From a virus (taxonomy: Duplodnaviria; Caudoviricetes), in IMG/VR virus record IMGVR_UViG_3300042549_000858, positions 918 through 64,917 of that record: a stretch of 64,000 nt of DNA; one strand, written 5' to 3'. The notes beneath the pieces were generated by a model. That model worked only from the letters and a program-made list of their open reading frames with translations. It did not search any database and was not told where the DNA came from. The position numbers and the translations under genes are program-made. Below are positions 45,934-54,811 of this stretch, one piece after another (the stretch's first letter is position 1; each line of letters begins with the position of its first letter).

Positions 45934-46803
45934 ATGGAAGAAGTTGTTGTATCTAAATTGTCGGGCTCTGCCCTCATCGTTAACTTGTCGTTGTCTGTAT
46001 GGACGGGTAGGAAACTAGATAAAAGAGTTTCCGAAGCGGTTGACCAACAGAACTCTACCCGTACCCGTGCGGGTAACTATCACAAGAACTTGTTGGCGGG
46101 TTCGGGCAAGTTGGAGGAGATAACCAAGGTGGCAAACGCTGTGCGTACATGGCACTACACGGTGACGCAACCTTGGGGTGACAACGGTGACAGGGTATTG
46201 AACATGGCAACATTCATTGACTACAAGTCACGACTGACTGAGTACGAGCAACAGTTCACGACATGTGTCAACGCGTTCTTGAATGAGTACGACACGCTTG
46301 TATCGTCCGCCGCTTTTCAGTTGGGTGACTTGTTCAATCGTGAGGACTATCCCTTGCGTGAGCAAGTTGTTAGTAAGTTTGGGTTTCGCTATGCGTTTAC
46401 CCCACTACCTACTGCGGGTGACTTTCGTGTAGACATTGGTGAGGAGGGACTACGCGAGATGAAACAGCACTACGAAGATGTGTTGAGTACCCGTGTGACT
46501 GACGCCATGCAAGATGCTTGGGATAGATTGCACGATGTGTTGACTCGCATGAGTGAGCGACTGTCTGATACAGAAGATGGCAAGCGCAAGATATTCAGGG
46601 ACTCGTTAGTTGAGAACGCTATAGAAGTTTGTGGGTTGTTGCGCCACTTCAATATCACTGGTGATGTACGCATGGAAGCAATGCGTATGGAGTTGGAGGA
46701 AACCATGCGTGGCATTGACGCATCGGTATTGCGTGAGAGTGACTTAACACGAGAGCAAACCAAGCAGAAGGTTGACGCCATGCTTGACAAGTTTTCGATG
46801 TGA
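45934..46803 (+). CDS. DUF3150-like protein, 289 aa
   Basis: L..S.WTGRKLDK...K.LL...T.PW.D.G.R.L...LGDLFN.EDYP...KF.F...P.P..GDFR; upstream of the AAA+/vWA pair. Confidence 0.7.
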   Translation: MEEVVVSKLSGSALIVNLSLSVWTGRKLDKRVSEAVDQQNSTRTRAGNYHKNLLAGSGKLEEITKVANAVRTWHYTVTQPWGDNGDRVLNMATFIDYKSRLTEYEQQFTTCVNAFLNEYDTLVSSAAFQLGDLFNREDYPLREQVVSKFGFRYAFTPLPTAGDFRVDIGEEGLREMKQHYEDVLSTRVTDAMQDAWDRLHDVLTRMSERLSDTEDGKRKIFRDSLVENAIEVCGLLRHFNITGDVRMEAMRMELEETMRGIDASVLRESDLTREQTKQKVDAMLDKFSM

Positions 46804-46865
46804 GTTTCATCGTACGGTTTCGTACCGTACGAAAGTTGTTTTGTTTTTTATCAAAGGAGAAAATC

Positions 46866-47090
46866 ATGGACGATAACTTAGACATGTTTACTGAGGAGGT
46901 AATCAAGAACATAAGTTTGGAGATAACCGAACTATGTATGAGTAAGGGTATGCCACCCGCACTAGCGTCGGGCGTGCTTGCATCAACACTTGCTATCTAT
47001 TGCAAAACTCAGGGGCTGACTCAGCACCAAGCAATCAGCAGATTCACAAATACCGTTCGCGGTATCTACAACCAAACCAACACACATTAA
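46866..47090 (+). CDS. Hypothetical protein, 74 aa
   Basis: RBS AAAGGAG before MDDNL. Confidence 0.65.
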   Translation: MDDNLDMFTEEVIKNISLEITELCMSKGMPPALASGVLASTLAIYCKTQGLTQHQAISRFTNTVRGIYNQTNTH

Positions 47091-47106
47091 CTTAAAGGGG
47101 AATCAC

Positions 47107-48186
47107 ATGTCTTTATATAAATCTTTATCTCTGCAACAAACGGCTGACCTAATCTTGGCGGTCGGTCACAAGCGGACTGTCTTAGCGCAAGGTGAAATGG
47201 GTATTGGTAAGTCATCAATCCTCAAGATGTTGCGTAACAAACCTGAGTTGAAGGACTACTTCTTTTGCTATGTTGACATCACGACGAAAGATGTTGGCGA
47301 CTTCATGGTGCCGAAGATTAAGGACATCGACGGCAACGAGGTGTGTCGCTTTGTACCTAACGAGGAGTTCGGCTTGCACTTCAAGGGCAAGAAGATTGTG
47401 ATGATGCTCGACGAGTTGGGCAAGGCTAAGGGTGGCGTGATGAACGCATGTCTACGACTTATGCAAGAGCGTTCGCTTGGTGTGTATGACTTGGACGGTA
47501 TTGTGTTCGCCACTACTAACCTGAGTGTCGAGGGTATTGGTGACAATGTACCGCCACATGCACGCAACCGTGTGATTCAGACACGAGTGGGTAAGCCCAA
47601 CGCAGAGGAGTTGATTACCTATGCAATCAACAACAACTGGAATCCGATTGTCATTGCCACTATCCAAGAGTTCCCTGAGATGTTGGCATCGTTCGAGGAC
47701 TACGAGAAGCCTGAGCAGAACATGTATATCAATGACCCACGAGATGTTCGTATGGCGGTGGTTACTCCGCGTTCATTGGAAGCGTCATCAGATGTTATCA
47801 ACGACACAATGATTCTCGGCAACGACATCATGTGCCATGCGTTGAAGGGTACGGTCGGTGAGAAGGCTATGCACAACATGTTGACGATGGTGACATTGGA
47901 TACACAACTTACATCATGGGACGACCTAATCAAAGCACCAACAACTGCCGTTGTGCCAACGAGTGCGGCGGCGGCGTGTATGTTGATTGCCAAAGCGGTA
48001 CAGCGTATTGAGAAGGCAACGATGAACGCATGGATGGAGTTCTTACCACGCATGAGCAAGGAGTCGCAAGGTTTGTTTGCACGAAGCGTGATGAGTGACA
48101 TGTGCCCCAAGCGTACGGTCGCGGCAACTAACCCCATGTTCGCTAAGTGGGCGGCAGATAACAACTATCTGTTTGCTCGTAAGTAA
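47107..48186 (+). CDS. AAA+ ATPase (MoxR/dynein-related AAA_5 type), 359 aa
   Basis: Walker A GEMGIGKS, Walker B MMLDE, sensor ATTN, arginine finger NR, VTPRS. Confidence 0.88.
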   Translation: MSLYKSLSLQQTADLILAVGHKRTVLAQGEMGIGKSSILKMLRNKPELKDYFFCYVDITTKDVGDFMVPKIKDIDGNEVCRFVPNEEFGLHFKGKKIVMMLDELGKAKGGVMNACLRLMQERSLGVYDLDGIVFATTNLSVEGIGDNVPPHARNRVIQTRVGKPNAEELITYAINNNWNPIVIATIQEFPEMLASFEDYEKPEQNMYINDPRDVRMAVVTPRSLEASSDVINDTMILGNDIMCHALKGTVGEKAMHNMLTMVTLDTQLTSWDDLIKAPTTAVVPTSAAAACMLIAKAVQRIEKATMNAWMEFLPRMSKESQGLFARSVMSDMCPKRTVAATNPMFAKWAADNNYLFARK

Positions 48187-48195
48187 GGGGGTTAT

Positions 48196-48330
48196 ATGAA
48201 AACACCAACAGAACTGTATGACTTGCTTGACAAGGCAGATATTGAATATGAAATCGTGGAGATATTTGAGGGTGTTCGTATCCTCAGTATCGAGGTCAAT
48301 GATGAACCAACCGAAGAAGGAGAGAACTAA
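48196..48330 (+). CDS. Small acidic protein, 44 aa (not in ORF track)
   Basis: RBS AAGGGGG; MKTPTELYDLLDKADIEYEIVEIFEGVRILSIEVNDEPTEEGEN; fills the gap exactly. Confidence 0.6.
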   Translation: MKTPTELYDLLDKADIEYEIVEIFEGVRILSIEVNDEPTEEGEN

Positions 48331-49503
48331 ATGTTTGTAACAGCAACCCAAGCACTACCCGCAATCAAGCGGATTGAGCGAGCCCATGTTGAACTCATGG
48401 CACACAAAGATACTATGGAGTATGCAAGCATCATCATGGTCGGGAAGTACAAGGTGTCGGACGATGTACCCACTGCTTGTACCAACGGCATCGACTGTAT
48501 GTATGGCAGTAAGTTCATAGGTGACTTATCGGACAGCGACTTGCGTGGACTCATCATGCACGAGAATCTTCACAAGACATTCCAACATACATTCTTGTGG
48601 CATCACTTGTATGAGGAGAACGCACGGTGCGCAAACATGGCGTGCGACTATGTGATTAACCTCATCATTCACGACATCTCTCAAGCATCGCGTGGGTTCG
48701 TGACATTGCCCAAGGTCGGACTACTTGATGAGCGTTTCCGTGACATGAACTCACAGGAAGTGTTTGACATACTAAGAGAAGAGGGGCATGGCGAGGGTGG
48801 TGACGGTGACGGCGCGGGCTTAGATGACCACGACTGGACTCCATCGGGTATGACTCAGAAAGAAATTGAAGAGCACATCAAGGAAGTCAATCAGGCTATC
48901 CGTCAGGGTCAACTCATGGCGGGCAAGATGGGTGGCAATCAGTCTCGTGCATTGGGTGAGTTAGTCGAGCCCAAGGTTGATTGGCGTGAACAGTTACGCG
49001 ACTACATCAATTCACTAGCCGATGGTAAAGATGTATCCACATGGCAGAAGGTCAATCGTCGTTGGTTGCAACACGATATGTATATGCCAAGCACGCTATC
49101 AGAATCTATGGGGCGCATCGTCATCGCTATCGACACATCGGGTTCTATTGGTGGTGAAGCACTCAACGAGTTCTTGTCAGAGGTGCAAGCCATCTGTATC
49201 AATGTTCAGCCTGAGTTAGTTGACTTGTTGTATTGGGATACCGAGGTGGCATCGCATGAGATATATGGACGCGACAAGTTGGGTGACTTGGTTAAGTCTA
49301 CGAAGCCCGAAGGTGGTGGGGGTACTGACCCATCATGTATTCCCGCATACATCAAAGACAAGGGCTTGAAGCCTGAGTGTGTCGTGGTGCTCACCGATGG
49401 ATATGTTGGTGGGTGGGGTACATGGGAACACCCAGTTCTTTGGGCTATCACAGGTGGGTACAAGCCTACGCCGTCCGTCGGCAAAGCAATCTATGTTAGT
49501 TAA
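48331..49503 (+). CDS. Metallopeptidase-vWA protein (DUF2201-like), 390 aa
   Basis: PTACTNG, HENLH (HExxH), N.ACDYVIN, MIDAS DTSGS, GGGGTD, LTDG. Confidence 0.88.
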   Translation: MFVTATQALPAIKRIERAHVELMAHKDTMEYASIIMVGKYKVSDDVPTACTNGIDCMYGSKFIGDLSDSDLRGLIMHENLHKTFQHTFLWHHLYEENARCANMACDYVINLIIHDISQASRGFVTLPKVGLLDERFRDMNSQEVFDILREEGHGEGGDGDGAGLDDHDWTPSGMTQKEIEEHIKEVNQAIRQGQLMAGKMGGNQSRALGELVEPKVDWREQLRDYINSLADGKDVSTWQKVNRRWLQHDMYMPSTLSESMGRIVIAIDTSGSIGGEALNEFLSEVQAICINVQPELVDLLYWDTEVASHEIYGRDKLGDLVKSTKPEGGGGTDPSCIPAYIKDKGLKPECVVVLTDGYVGGWGTWEHPVLWAITGGYKPTPSVGKAIYVS

Positions 49504-49530
49504 TACAGGTATCAAGAAAGCGAGGACTTT

Positions 49531-50499
49531 ATGGCAAACGAATACAACGCACAACATTTTTACGGGTACAACATTCGCATGGTTGACTATGCGACTACCA
49601 AAAAGTTTTACGACACAACCAAACCAATACAGGGGAGTAAAAAGAAGGGGGGCGTTGACTGCCGACCATTGACTGTACGCAGACGCACATTCGAGACTTG
49701 GTACGAGAAAGATGGTTGGGTGGGTATGGCGTTTCGTTCTATCTATCGTAAGGGTGAGCAAAACCCAATCACTAAAGAGTATGAGTTTAAAGAGTACGAA
49801 GATACGGCACGCCCTCTGCTTATGATGAACGAGCATGGTGCGTTACGGTTCACGCCGACCTACATGTATAGTTTCTCCACATACCAAGTTATTTCAGCGT
49901 TGTTGCCCGAGAGTATTAAGTTTGTAAAGTACGGGGCTAAGGTGTATTTCAAGTGCACACGACCCGATGGGCAAGAGCCTATGTATTACTTCAACAACGG
50001 GTTGGATATGACTTTCGTACCGTACGAAAGAGATGGTGTTAGGTACTATGAGCCAACACACGGCACGGTGCAAGAGTCAAAGGTAATGCTAGACCGCGAC
50101 AAGGCTAAGGTAGTACGAGAAGATTTCAAAGCGTTTTTAGATTACTTTCAACCAATGGCTGACTTGCTTGGCTTTGACCCGACGACTGAGGGTGCTACGT
50201 CATGGCAAAAGAAAGAGAAAGCCACAGAGTATTTAACAGAAACAAATTGGCTTGCACGCAAAGATGGTGAGCCATACGGTGAGCGTTGGGTTGATGGGGT
50301 TGAAGCGATGTTGGTCAAGCATACGAGTTACCAAAGTTCTTGGGAAGCAGGCAAGTGGACTTACCAATACTATGTGGCTAACGCAGAGTCATTGCGTACG
50401 ACATACAAACGCAACGAGAAGGTGTATCGACTAGCGCGTCCATTCAGGCGAGAGGGTGTGCCAATAGGTACGCCGTTCTACAACAACTACAGGGAGTAA
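49531..50499 (+). CDS. Hypothetical protein, 322 aa
   Basis: RBS GAGGA; long ORF; contains palindrome copy 10 (TFVPYER). Confidence 0.8.
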   Translation: MANEYNAQHFYGYNIRMVDYATTKKFYDTTKPIQGSKKKGGVDCRPLTVRRRTFETWYEKDGWVGMAFRSIYRKGEQNPITKEYEFKEYEDTARPLLMMNEHGALRFTPTYMYSFSTYQVISALLPESIKFVKYGAKVYFKCTRPDGQEPMYYFNNGLDMTFVPYERDGVRYYEPTHGTVQESKVMLDRDKAKVVREDFKAFLDYFQPMADLLGFDPTTEGATSWQKKEKATEYLTETNWLARKDGEPYGERWVDGVEAMLVKHTSYQSSWEAGKWTYQYYVANAESLRTTYKRNEKVYRLARPFRREGVPIGTPFYNNYRE

Positions 50500-50502
50500 A
50501 AC

Positions 50503-50706
50503 ATGCCAAGATATTTAAGAGAGATGAGTTCAGAGGAACGTCAACGCGGCCTAGCGTACATAGACGTAACTGTTAAAGAGTTGTTAGCAGTTGCCGACAG
50601 AGGTAGGTTGGACGAAGCAAGCGCCTTAGATTTATATGACTTGCTTGCAGATGCGGTCATTACTAAGGCAAGAATAACCAGTATGAAGGGAGTTAACCAT
50701 GATTAA
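50503..50706 (+). CDS. Hypothetical protein, 67 aa
   Basis: RBS GGGAG; in operon. Confidence 0.6.
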   Translation: MPRYLREMSSEERQRGLAYIDVTVKELLAVADRGRLDEASALDLYDLLADAVITKARITSMKGVNHD

Positions 50707-51586
50707 GCAAGAAGACTATGTAGGTAGCAAGACGCCATACGATAGGTACGTTTCGTTAGTGAACGAAGCGCGTGCCAAGGGGCATACTCATTGGATTAAC
50801 GATGAGATTCCCGTAGCACATAACACATTGAAGTTCTACAACGAGTTGAAGCACAAGCGTCCTGACATTGTGGTGCGGTTCGATACCCATGCGAGTTTCT
50901 ACAACGGCAAAGACTATCGTGTGTTCGCTGACTTAGGCATCGCCTACAAGGACTGCCCTGAGATTCAAGTGGGGATTATTGGGTTGGAGAACGATGGTGG
51001 TGCGCATGGTGAGTTGATGTATACAGTCACATCAGACCGCATTACCAACGATAAGTATGCGTCGTACAGCAAGGGGTACAAGGTCAAGAAGACAAAGAAC
51101 TTTAGCAATGCTGTGAAGAACGCTGTGCAGTTCTTGAAGCCCATGTTGTTCGAGGAGATGAGGAGCAAGCATGACTTGGAATTCAACAGCGCAATAGAAA
51201 ACCTACGCGCACCGTCCAAGGAGAAGTTGTATGGTGTATCAAACATGGGACGCCACATCATCATTGATGAAATACGCAACATGGTGCGCATGGGTTATGT
51301 ACCAGTCACACCCTCATTCACCGACGCCATGCACGTTCTCAAAGAGGAAGATGCTGAGATTCAACAGGCGTTGAACTACAAGCCCAAGTCATGTTTTGTG
51401 TGGGCTAAGAAGGACAAGGTTGAGTATCAGGTCGAGGGTGAAGAGCGCAAGGTGGTGTACAACCTACAAGACGTGCCCGAGTTCATAATGGATAAGGTGT
51501 CCGTCCTACAAATCGGTAGCGAAGGCAAGCCAATCATGGACGTTGGCGTGAAGATTGATAACACAACCTATTGGATATTCCTATGA
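50699..51586 (+). CDS. Hypothetical protein, 295 aa
   Basis: Long ORF with RBS; C-terminal VPE.I..KVSVL.I......DVG motif. Confidence 0.8.
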   Translation: MIKQEDYVGSKTPYDRYVSLVNEARAKGHTHWINDEIPVAHNTLKFYNELKHKRPDIVVRFDTHASFYNGKDYRVFADLGIAYKDCPEIQVGIIGLENDGGAHGELMYTVTSDRITNDKYASYSKGYKVKKTKNFSNAVKNAVQFLKPMLFEEMRSKHDLEFNSAIENLRAPSKEKLYGVSNMGRHIIIDEIRNMVRMGYVPVTPSFTDAMHVLKEEDAEIQQALNYKPKSCFVWAKKDKVEYQVEGEERKVVYNLQDVPEFIMDKVSVLQIGSEGKPIMDVGVKIDNTTYWIFL

Positions 51587-52008
51587 TTATTACGAAGAAC
51601 GGCGCACCGCCGTTTGTGAGTTGGGAAGACTACGAACGGTTGGTCAATCACCCCGAAGCACCGACACCGTTGTCCCAATCCATTAGCCTAGACATGCGGT
51701 ACTCAGGTGTTTGGTACAGCGCAGTAAGTGTGTACACCATGCTGACACACGGTATGGTTGCTGACAACCTATCGCAAGATGTATTAAGGGTTTCTATCAA
51801 TGAGGACGGGACGTTTAATATCGTAGACTTTACACTGCCAAGTTCTGAAGGTAGGATAAAGAAAAACCTAGCACAAGTAGATGTACCGCAATGGATAATG
51901 GAGAGCGTATCCATGTTGCGTATCAGTGATGCTAACGAGAAGGTAGATGAACTTGGTATGAAAATACACGACAAGTTGTATTACTTAAAAGAGAGGACTA
52001 ACACATGA
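51583..52008 (+). CDS. Hypothetical protein, 141 aa
   Basis: ATGA-coupled; C-terminal DVPQWIMESVSMLRI...ELG.KI resembles the end of the upstream protein. Confidence 0.7.
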   Translation: MIITKNGAPPFVSWEDYERLVNHPEAPTPLSQSISLDMRYSGVWYSAVSVYTMLTHGMVADNLSQDVLRVSINEDGTFNIVDFTLPSSEGRIKKNLAQVDVPQWIMESVSMLRISDANEKVDELGMKIHDKLYYLKERTNT

Positions 52009-52220
52009 CCAAACGCGAAACAATACTTGCTTTTTTAAAAGACATGTTGCGCCCACGCACCCTGCAAGAGATGATAAACATTGAATTGCGTGATGCGTAT
52101 CTAGCCAAGATGCACGCGGAGAATTCGCTTGAGTATGCGACGAGCATAGTTGAATACAACCGTCAACGTATTCGTAGGCTTGAAGAGAAACTTAAAGAAC
52201 TGGAGAAACCAAATGCTTGA
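52005..52220 (+). CDS. Coiled-coil hypothetical protein, 71 aa
   Basis: EL..A...K..AE...EYA.S.V.YN..RI.RL motif. Confidence 0.7.
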   Translation: MTKRETILAFLKDMLRPRTLQEMINIELRDAYLAKMHAENSLEYATSIVEYNRQRIRRLEEKLKELEKPNA

Positions 52221-52313
52221 AACAATCGCATGGATAGTATTTCTAATGTGCCTTGGCGCAATCATTGTTGTTGGCGTAGCAATAGCAATCGTGATGATTA
52301 CTAGGGAAGATAT

Positions 52314-52532
52314 ATGAGTGATGATTACGAAGACGAAGCGTTCAAAGAGTTAGAGAGTCGGCTAGGTAGAGACAAACTAAAACAAGTTATGACAAACCTA
52401 GACAGTGAACTATCTATATACCGCAATGAAATCATAGAAGAAATTGCCAAAGAGATTGAGGGATTCACTCCCGCATTTGGCATAGACACAACTAGCAGTT
52501 TCGCTATATTTGTAAGGGGGATGAAGACATGA
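52314..52532 (+). CDS. Hypothetical protein, 72 aa
   Basis: RN.IIEE.AKEIE.F..AFG.DT.SSFA.FVR.MK motif. Confidence 0.7.
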   Translation: MSDDYEDEAFKELESRLGRDKLKQVMTNLDSELSIYRNEIIEEIAKEIEGFTPAFGIDTTSSFAIFVRGMKT

Positions 52533-52738
52533 GTAACGAAGTAAATAAAAACCTAACCATAGAAGATGTTATAGCGCATATGAAAGAGGTATTACCCACG
52601 GTTGGCAACCTATCAGAACCCACAAAGTTATTGGTGAGTGCGGCACACATGCAAGTCATGCGGCAGATGCTTGATGCGGGAACGCTAGGTAATTTACCTA
52701 TGACACCACGTAAAGATATTTACGAGGATGAAGAATGA
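52529..52738 (+). CDS. Hypothetical protein, 69 aa
   Basis: ATGA-coupled at both ends. Confidence 0.6.
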   Translation: MSNEVNKNLTIEDVIAHMKEVLPTVGNLSEPTKLLVSAAHMQVMRQMLDAGTLGNLPMTPRKDIYEDEE

Positions 52739-52962
52739 AGTGTCCTAAATGTGAGAAGGACAAGATAGCAATAACTGAGACGATTCAAAACGAAGAGTTC
52801 ACTTACCGCAGACGATACTGCAAACTTTGTTTCTGTGTGTTCAAGACAAAAGAAGAAGTATTTGAAGGGGCATTGCCTCAGAAGAATAGGCTAACCACGC
52901 CCAAAGAGAAAGAGTATCAAAAGACTTACGCGACTAACGCACTTAAACAATATTGGGGGTGA
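52735..52962 (+). CDS. Zinc-ribbon protein (NrdR N-terminal-like), 75 aa
   Basis: MKCPKC...RRRYCKLC...FKT.E. Confidence 0.75.
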   Translation: MKCPKCEKDKIAITETIQNEEFTYRRRYCKLCFCVFKTKEEVFEGALPQKNRLTTPKEKEYQKTYATNALKQYWG

Positions 52963-52964
52963 AG

Positions 52965-53219
52965 ATGACACAGGAGAAGTTAGGGTTCAACGGCACGACA
53001 GCCGACGATATACAGGTGAGCGGTAACCACTACAAAGATATGGCAGTGCAACCGTGGCACGTGATGGAGTCGGTGCTTACCCGTGAGGAGTTCATTGGGT
53101 TTCTTAAAGGTAACGTAATTAAATATTCCCTACGTGCGGGACGAAAAGAAGGCAGTGACGATGCGGGTAAAGCACGCCACTACATGCAGAAACTAAAGGA
53201 GGTAACCAATGACAAATGA
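52965..53219 (+). CDS. DUF3310 (SaV-like / T7 gp1.7-like nucleotide kinase family) protein
   Basis: QV.GNHY...QPW...GFLKGNVIKY..RAG.K...D..KA.HY. Confidence 0.85.
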   Translation: MTQEKLGFNGTTADDIQVSGNHYKDMAVQPWHVMESVLTREEFIGFLKGNVIKYSLRAGRKEGSDDAGKARHYMQKLKEVTNDK

Positions 53220-53424
53220 AGAACAGATTGCCAAGTTAACAGAGATGTTAGAGATACAACAAAAGTTGCATGAGACAGCGATAGATATGCTCAAGCCCGC
53301 GATAGAAATAGCAGTGCAGAAAGAGCGTGAGGCGTGCGCAAAGATGTCTGAAGAATGGGCAGGATATGGTCAAGGTAGTTTTTGGCAGTTTGCTAATGCA
53401 ATCAGAGCAAGGGGACAAGCATGA
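53209..53424 (+). CDS. Hypothetical protein with EREACAK...AIRARG motif
   Basis: Recurrent small phage motif; coupled to the next gene. Confidence 0.7.
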   Translation: MTNEEQIAKLTEMLEIQQKLHETAIDMLKPAIEIAVQKEREACAKMSEEWAGYGQGSFWQFANAIRARGQA

Positions 53425-53720
53425 CACCCGAAAAGAAAGTTAAAAACGCAGTCGTAAAGATGCTGAAACTATACAAGAACTTGTATTACTTTTACCCAGT
53501 GATGGGTGGGTATGGTGCGGCGGGTATACCTGATATTGTGGTTTGCTATCGCGGTTATTTCATAGCCGTTGAGTGCAAGGCAGGTAAGGGTAAGACAACC
53601 GCACTACAGGACAAGAACTTGAAACAAATCAGAGACGCAGAGGGCATAGCCATCGTTGTCAATGAAGAGAACCTGCAAGAGTTGCAGGACATATTAAACG
53701 TAATCCTAGAGGAGGAGTGA
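53421..53720 (+). CDS. VRR-NUC family nuclease
   Basis: MTPEKKVK, GIPDI, FIAVECKAG, TTALQ PD-(D/E)xK pattern. Confidence 0.88.
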   Translation: MTPEKKVKNAVVKMLKLYKNLYYFYPVMGGYGAAGIPDIVVCYRGYFIAVECKAGKGKTTALQDKNLKQIRDAEGIAIVVNEENLQELQDILNVILEEE

Positions 53721-54301
53721 TGGGAACTTTAAGAGAACAAATGGCGAAAGTCATACAAGAGTGGGATAAAGAAGACGAACAACCTATACAGGAGAAAACC
53801 GTGGAAAAGAAACAAACAACTACAGCAAAAATCGTTGGGTTCATACGTGACAACCCAAACATCGAGAGCACCGCACTACGTGACAAGGTAGCGCATAAGT
53901 ACCCCGACATTACCTTTAAAAACATTGCGTCAATCCTCAAGCAGTTGACAGATGCAAACTACTTAGACCGCCAAGGTTCAACGATTGAAACGTCAAGAGG
54001 CGCACGACAAACATTTACCTATACCGTTGTGCCCGACGACATACGCATAGCACGTAGAAAAGCACAGAAAAATAAGATGAAAGGTATGGTCGAGCGTGCG
54101 GCTATGGCACGTGCGGCAAAAGAAGCAAAGCGCGAAGCGAGGGCTACACAGGTTGGCATTAGCGACTTGGTGCCTGAGAAGGTGGCAGAGAAATTTGAGC
54201 ACAGAACATTACGGTGGAGAGCCGATGATGTGATTAACTCACTATCAGTTATACAAGCGCGTGAGTTGTATGACCGACTGAAGCAAATTTTTGGAGGTTG
54301 A
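53717..54301 (+). CDS. Putative winged-helix DNA-binding protein, 194 aa
   Basis: IVGFIRDNP...ASILKQL...YL.R wHTH-like segment; C-terminal LSV.QARELY..LK.IFGG. Confidence 0.6.
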   Translation: MMGTLREQMAKVIQEWDKEDEQPIQEKTVEKKQTTTAKIVGFIRDNPNIESTALRDKVAHKYPDITFKNIASILKQLTDANYLDRQGSTIETSRGARQTFTYTVVPDDIRIARRKAQKNKMKGMVERAAMARAAKEAKREARATQVGISDLVPEKVAEKFEHRTLRWRADDVINSLSVIQARELYDRLKQIFGG

Positions 54302-54302
54302 T

Positions 54303-54569
54303 ATGACCAAGATGAAAGAGCAAGAACTTGGGGAGTGGCGAGAGAATCCATTCCTACACCCTGACGTACGTAAACACGTACAGAAACTAAAAAACGATTT
54401 GTTGGAGTCAAAACTGTTTAATGCAATCGAGGGTAGGAAGTTGGAGTGGATAGAAGCAACGTACCCCGACATCATCAAGCAGTACGACGCCATACGAGAA
54501 CTTGAGAAGGCTGAACAGTCAGCATGGGCAGACAAAAACACCGAACCGTTTTTTGGAGAAATCAAATGA
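54303..54569 (+). CDS. Hypothetical protein (paralogue A)
   Basis: RBS GGAGG; WIEATYPDIIKQYDAIRELEKA. Confidence 0.65.
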   Translation: MTKMKEQELGEWRENPFLHPDVRKHVQKLKNDLLESKLFNAIEGRKLEWIEATYPDIIKQYDAIRELEKAEQSAWADKNTEPFFGEIK

Positions 54570-54811
54570 ACGCAGACGAAACAAGAGAAGAGTTGAAACG
54601 TCTTGACGACCGTATCAGTTTGCAGAACGAAACAATGAAAGCCATGTGGAAGCGTTGGGAAGTTATGTTCGAGCGTGATAAGTGGTTGCAAGAGGCGTAC
54701 CCCGAAATCGTTGCACAGCACAAAGCAGTTGAGGATTTAAAACGTGCAAGTAGAGTTGGTGTTGGTGGGTTAGCACGCCCCAAAGTTACTAAAGCGGAGG
54801 AGAACAAATGA
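54566..54811 (+). CDS. Hypothetical protein (paralogue B)
   Basis: RBS GGAG; WLQEAYPEIVAQHKAVEDLKRA. Confidence 0.65.
   Translation: MNADETREELKRLDDRISLQNETMKAMWKRWEVMFERDKWLQEAYPEIVAQHKAVEDLKRASRVGVGGLARPKVTKAEENK

Larger units (their letters stand above)
42095..50029. repeat. Dispersed 17-bp palindrome TTTCGTAC-N-GTACGAAA, 10 copies
   Basis: Copies start at 42095, 42751, 42982, 43237, 43514, 43857, 44799, 45908, 46818 and 50013. Three differ at one terminal base; the central base is T, A, C or G. Confidence 0.95.

Noticed and set aside
42095-50029. 17-bp palindromes as CRISPR repeats, REP elements or terminators
   Set aside because: Spacing is irregular (230 bp to 3 kb), the 1-nt loop cannot form a normal RNA hairpin, three copies are inside CDSs, and no associated transposase is present.
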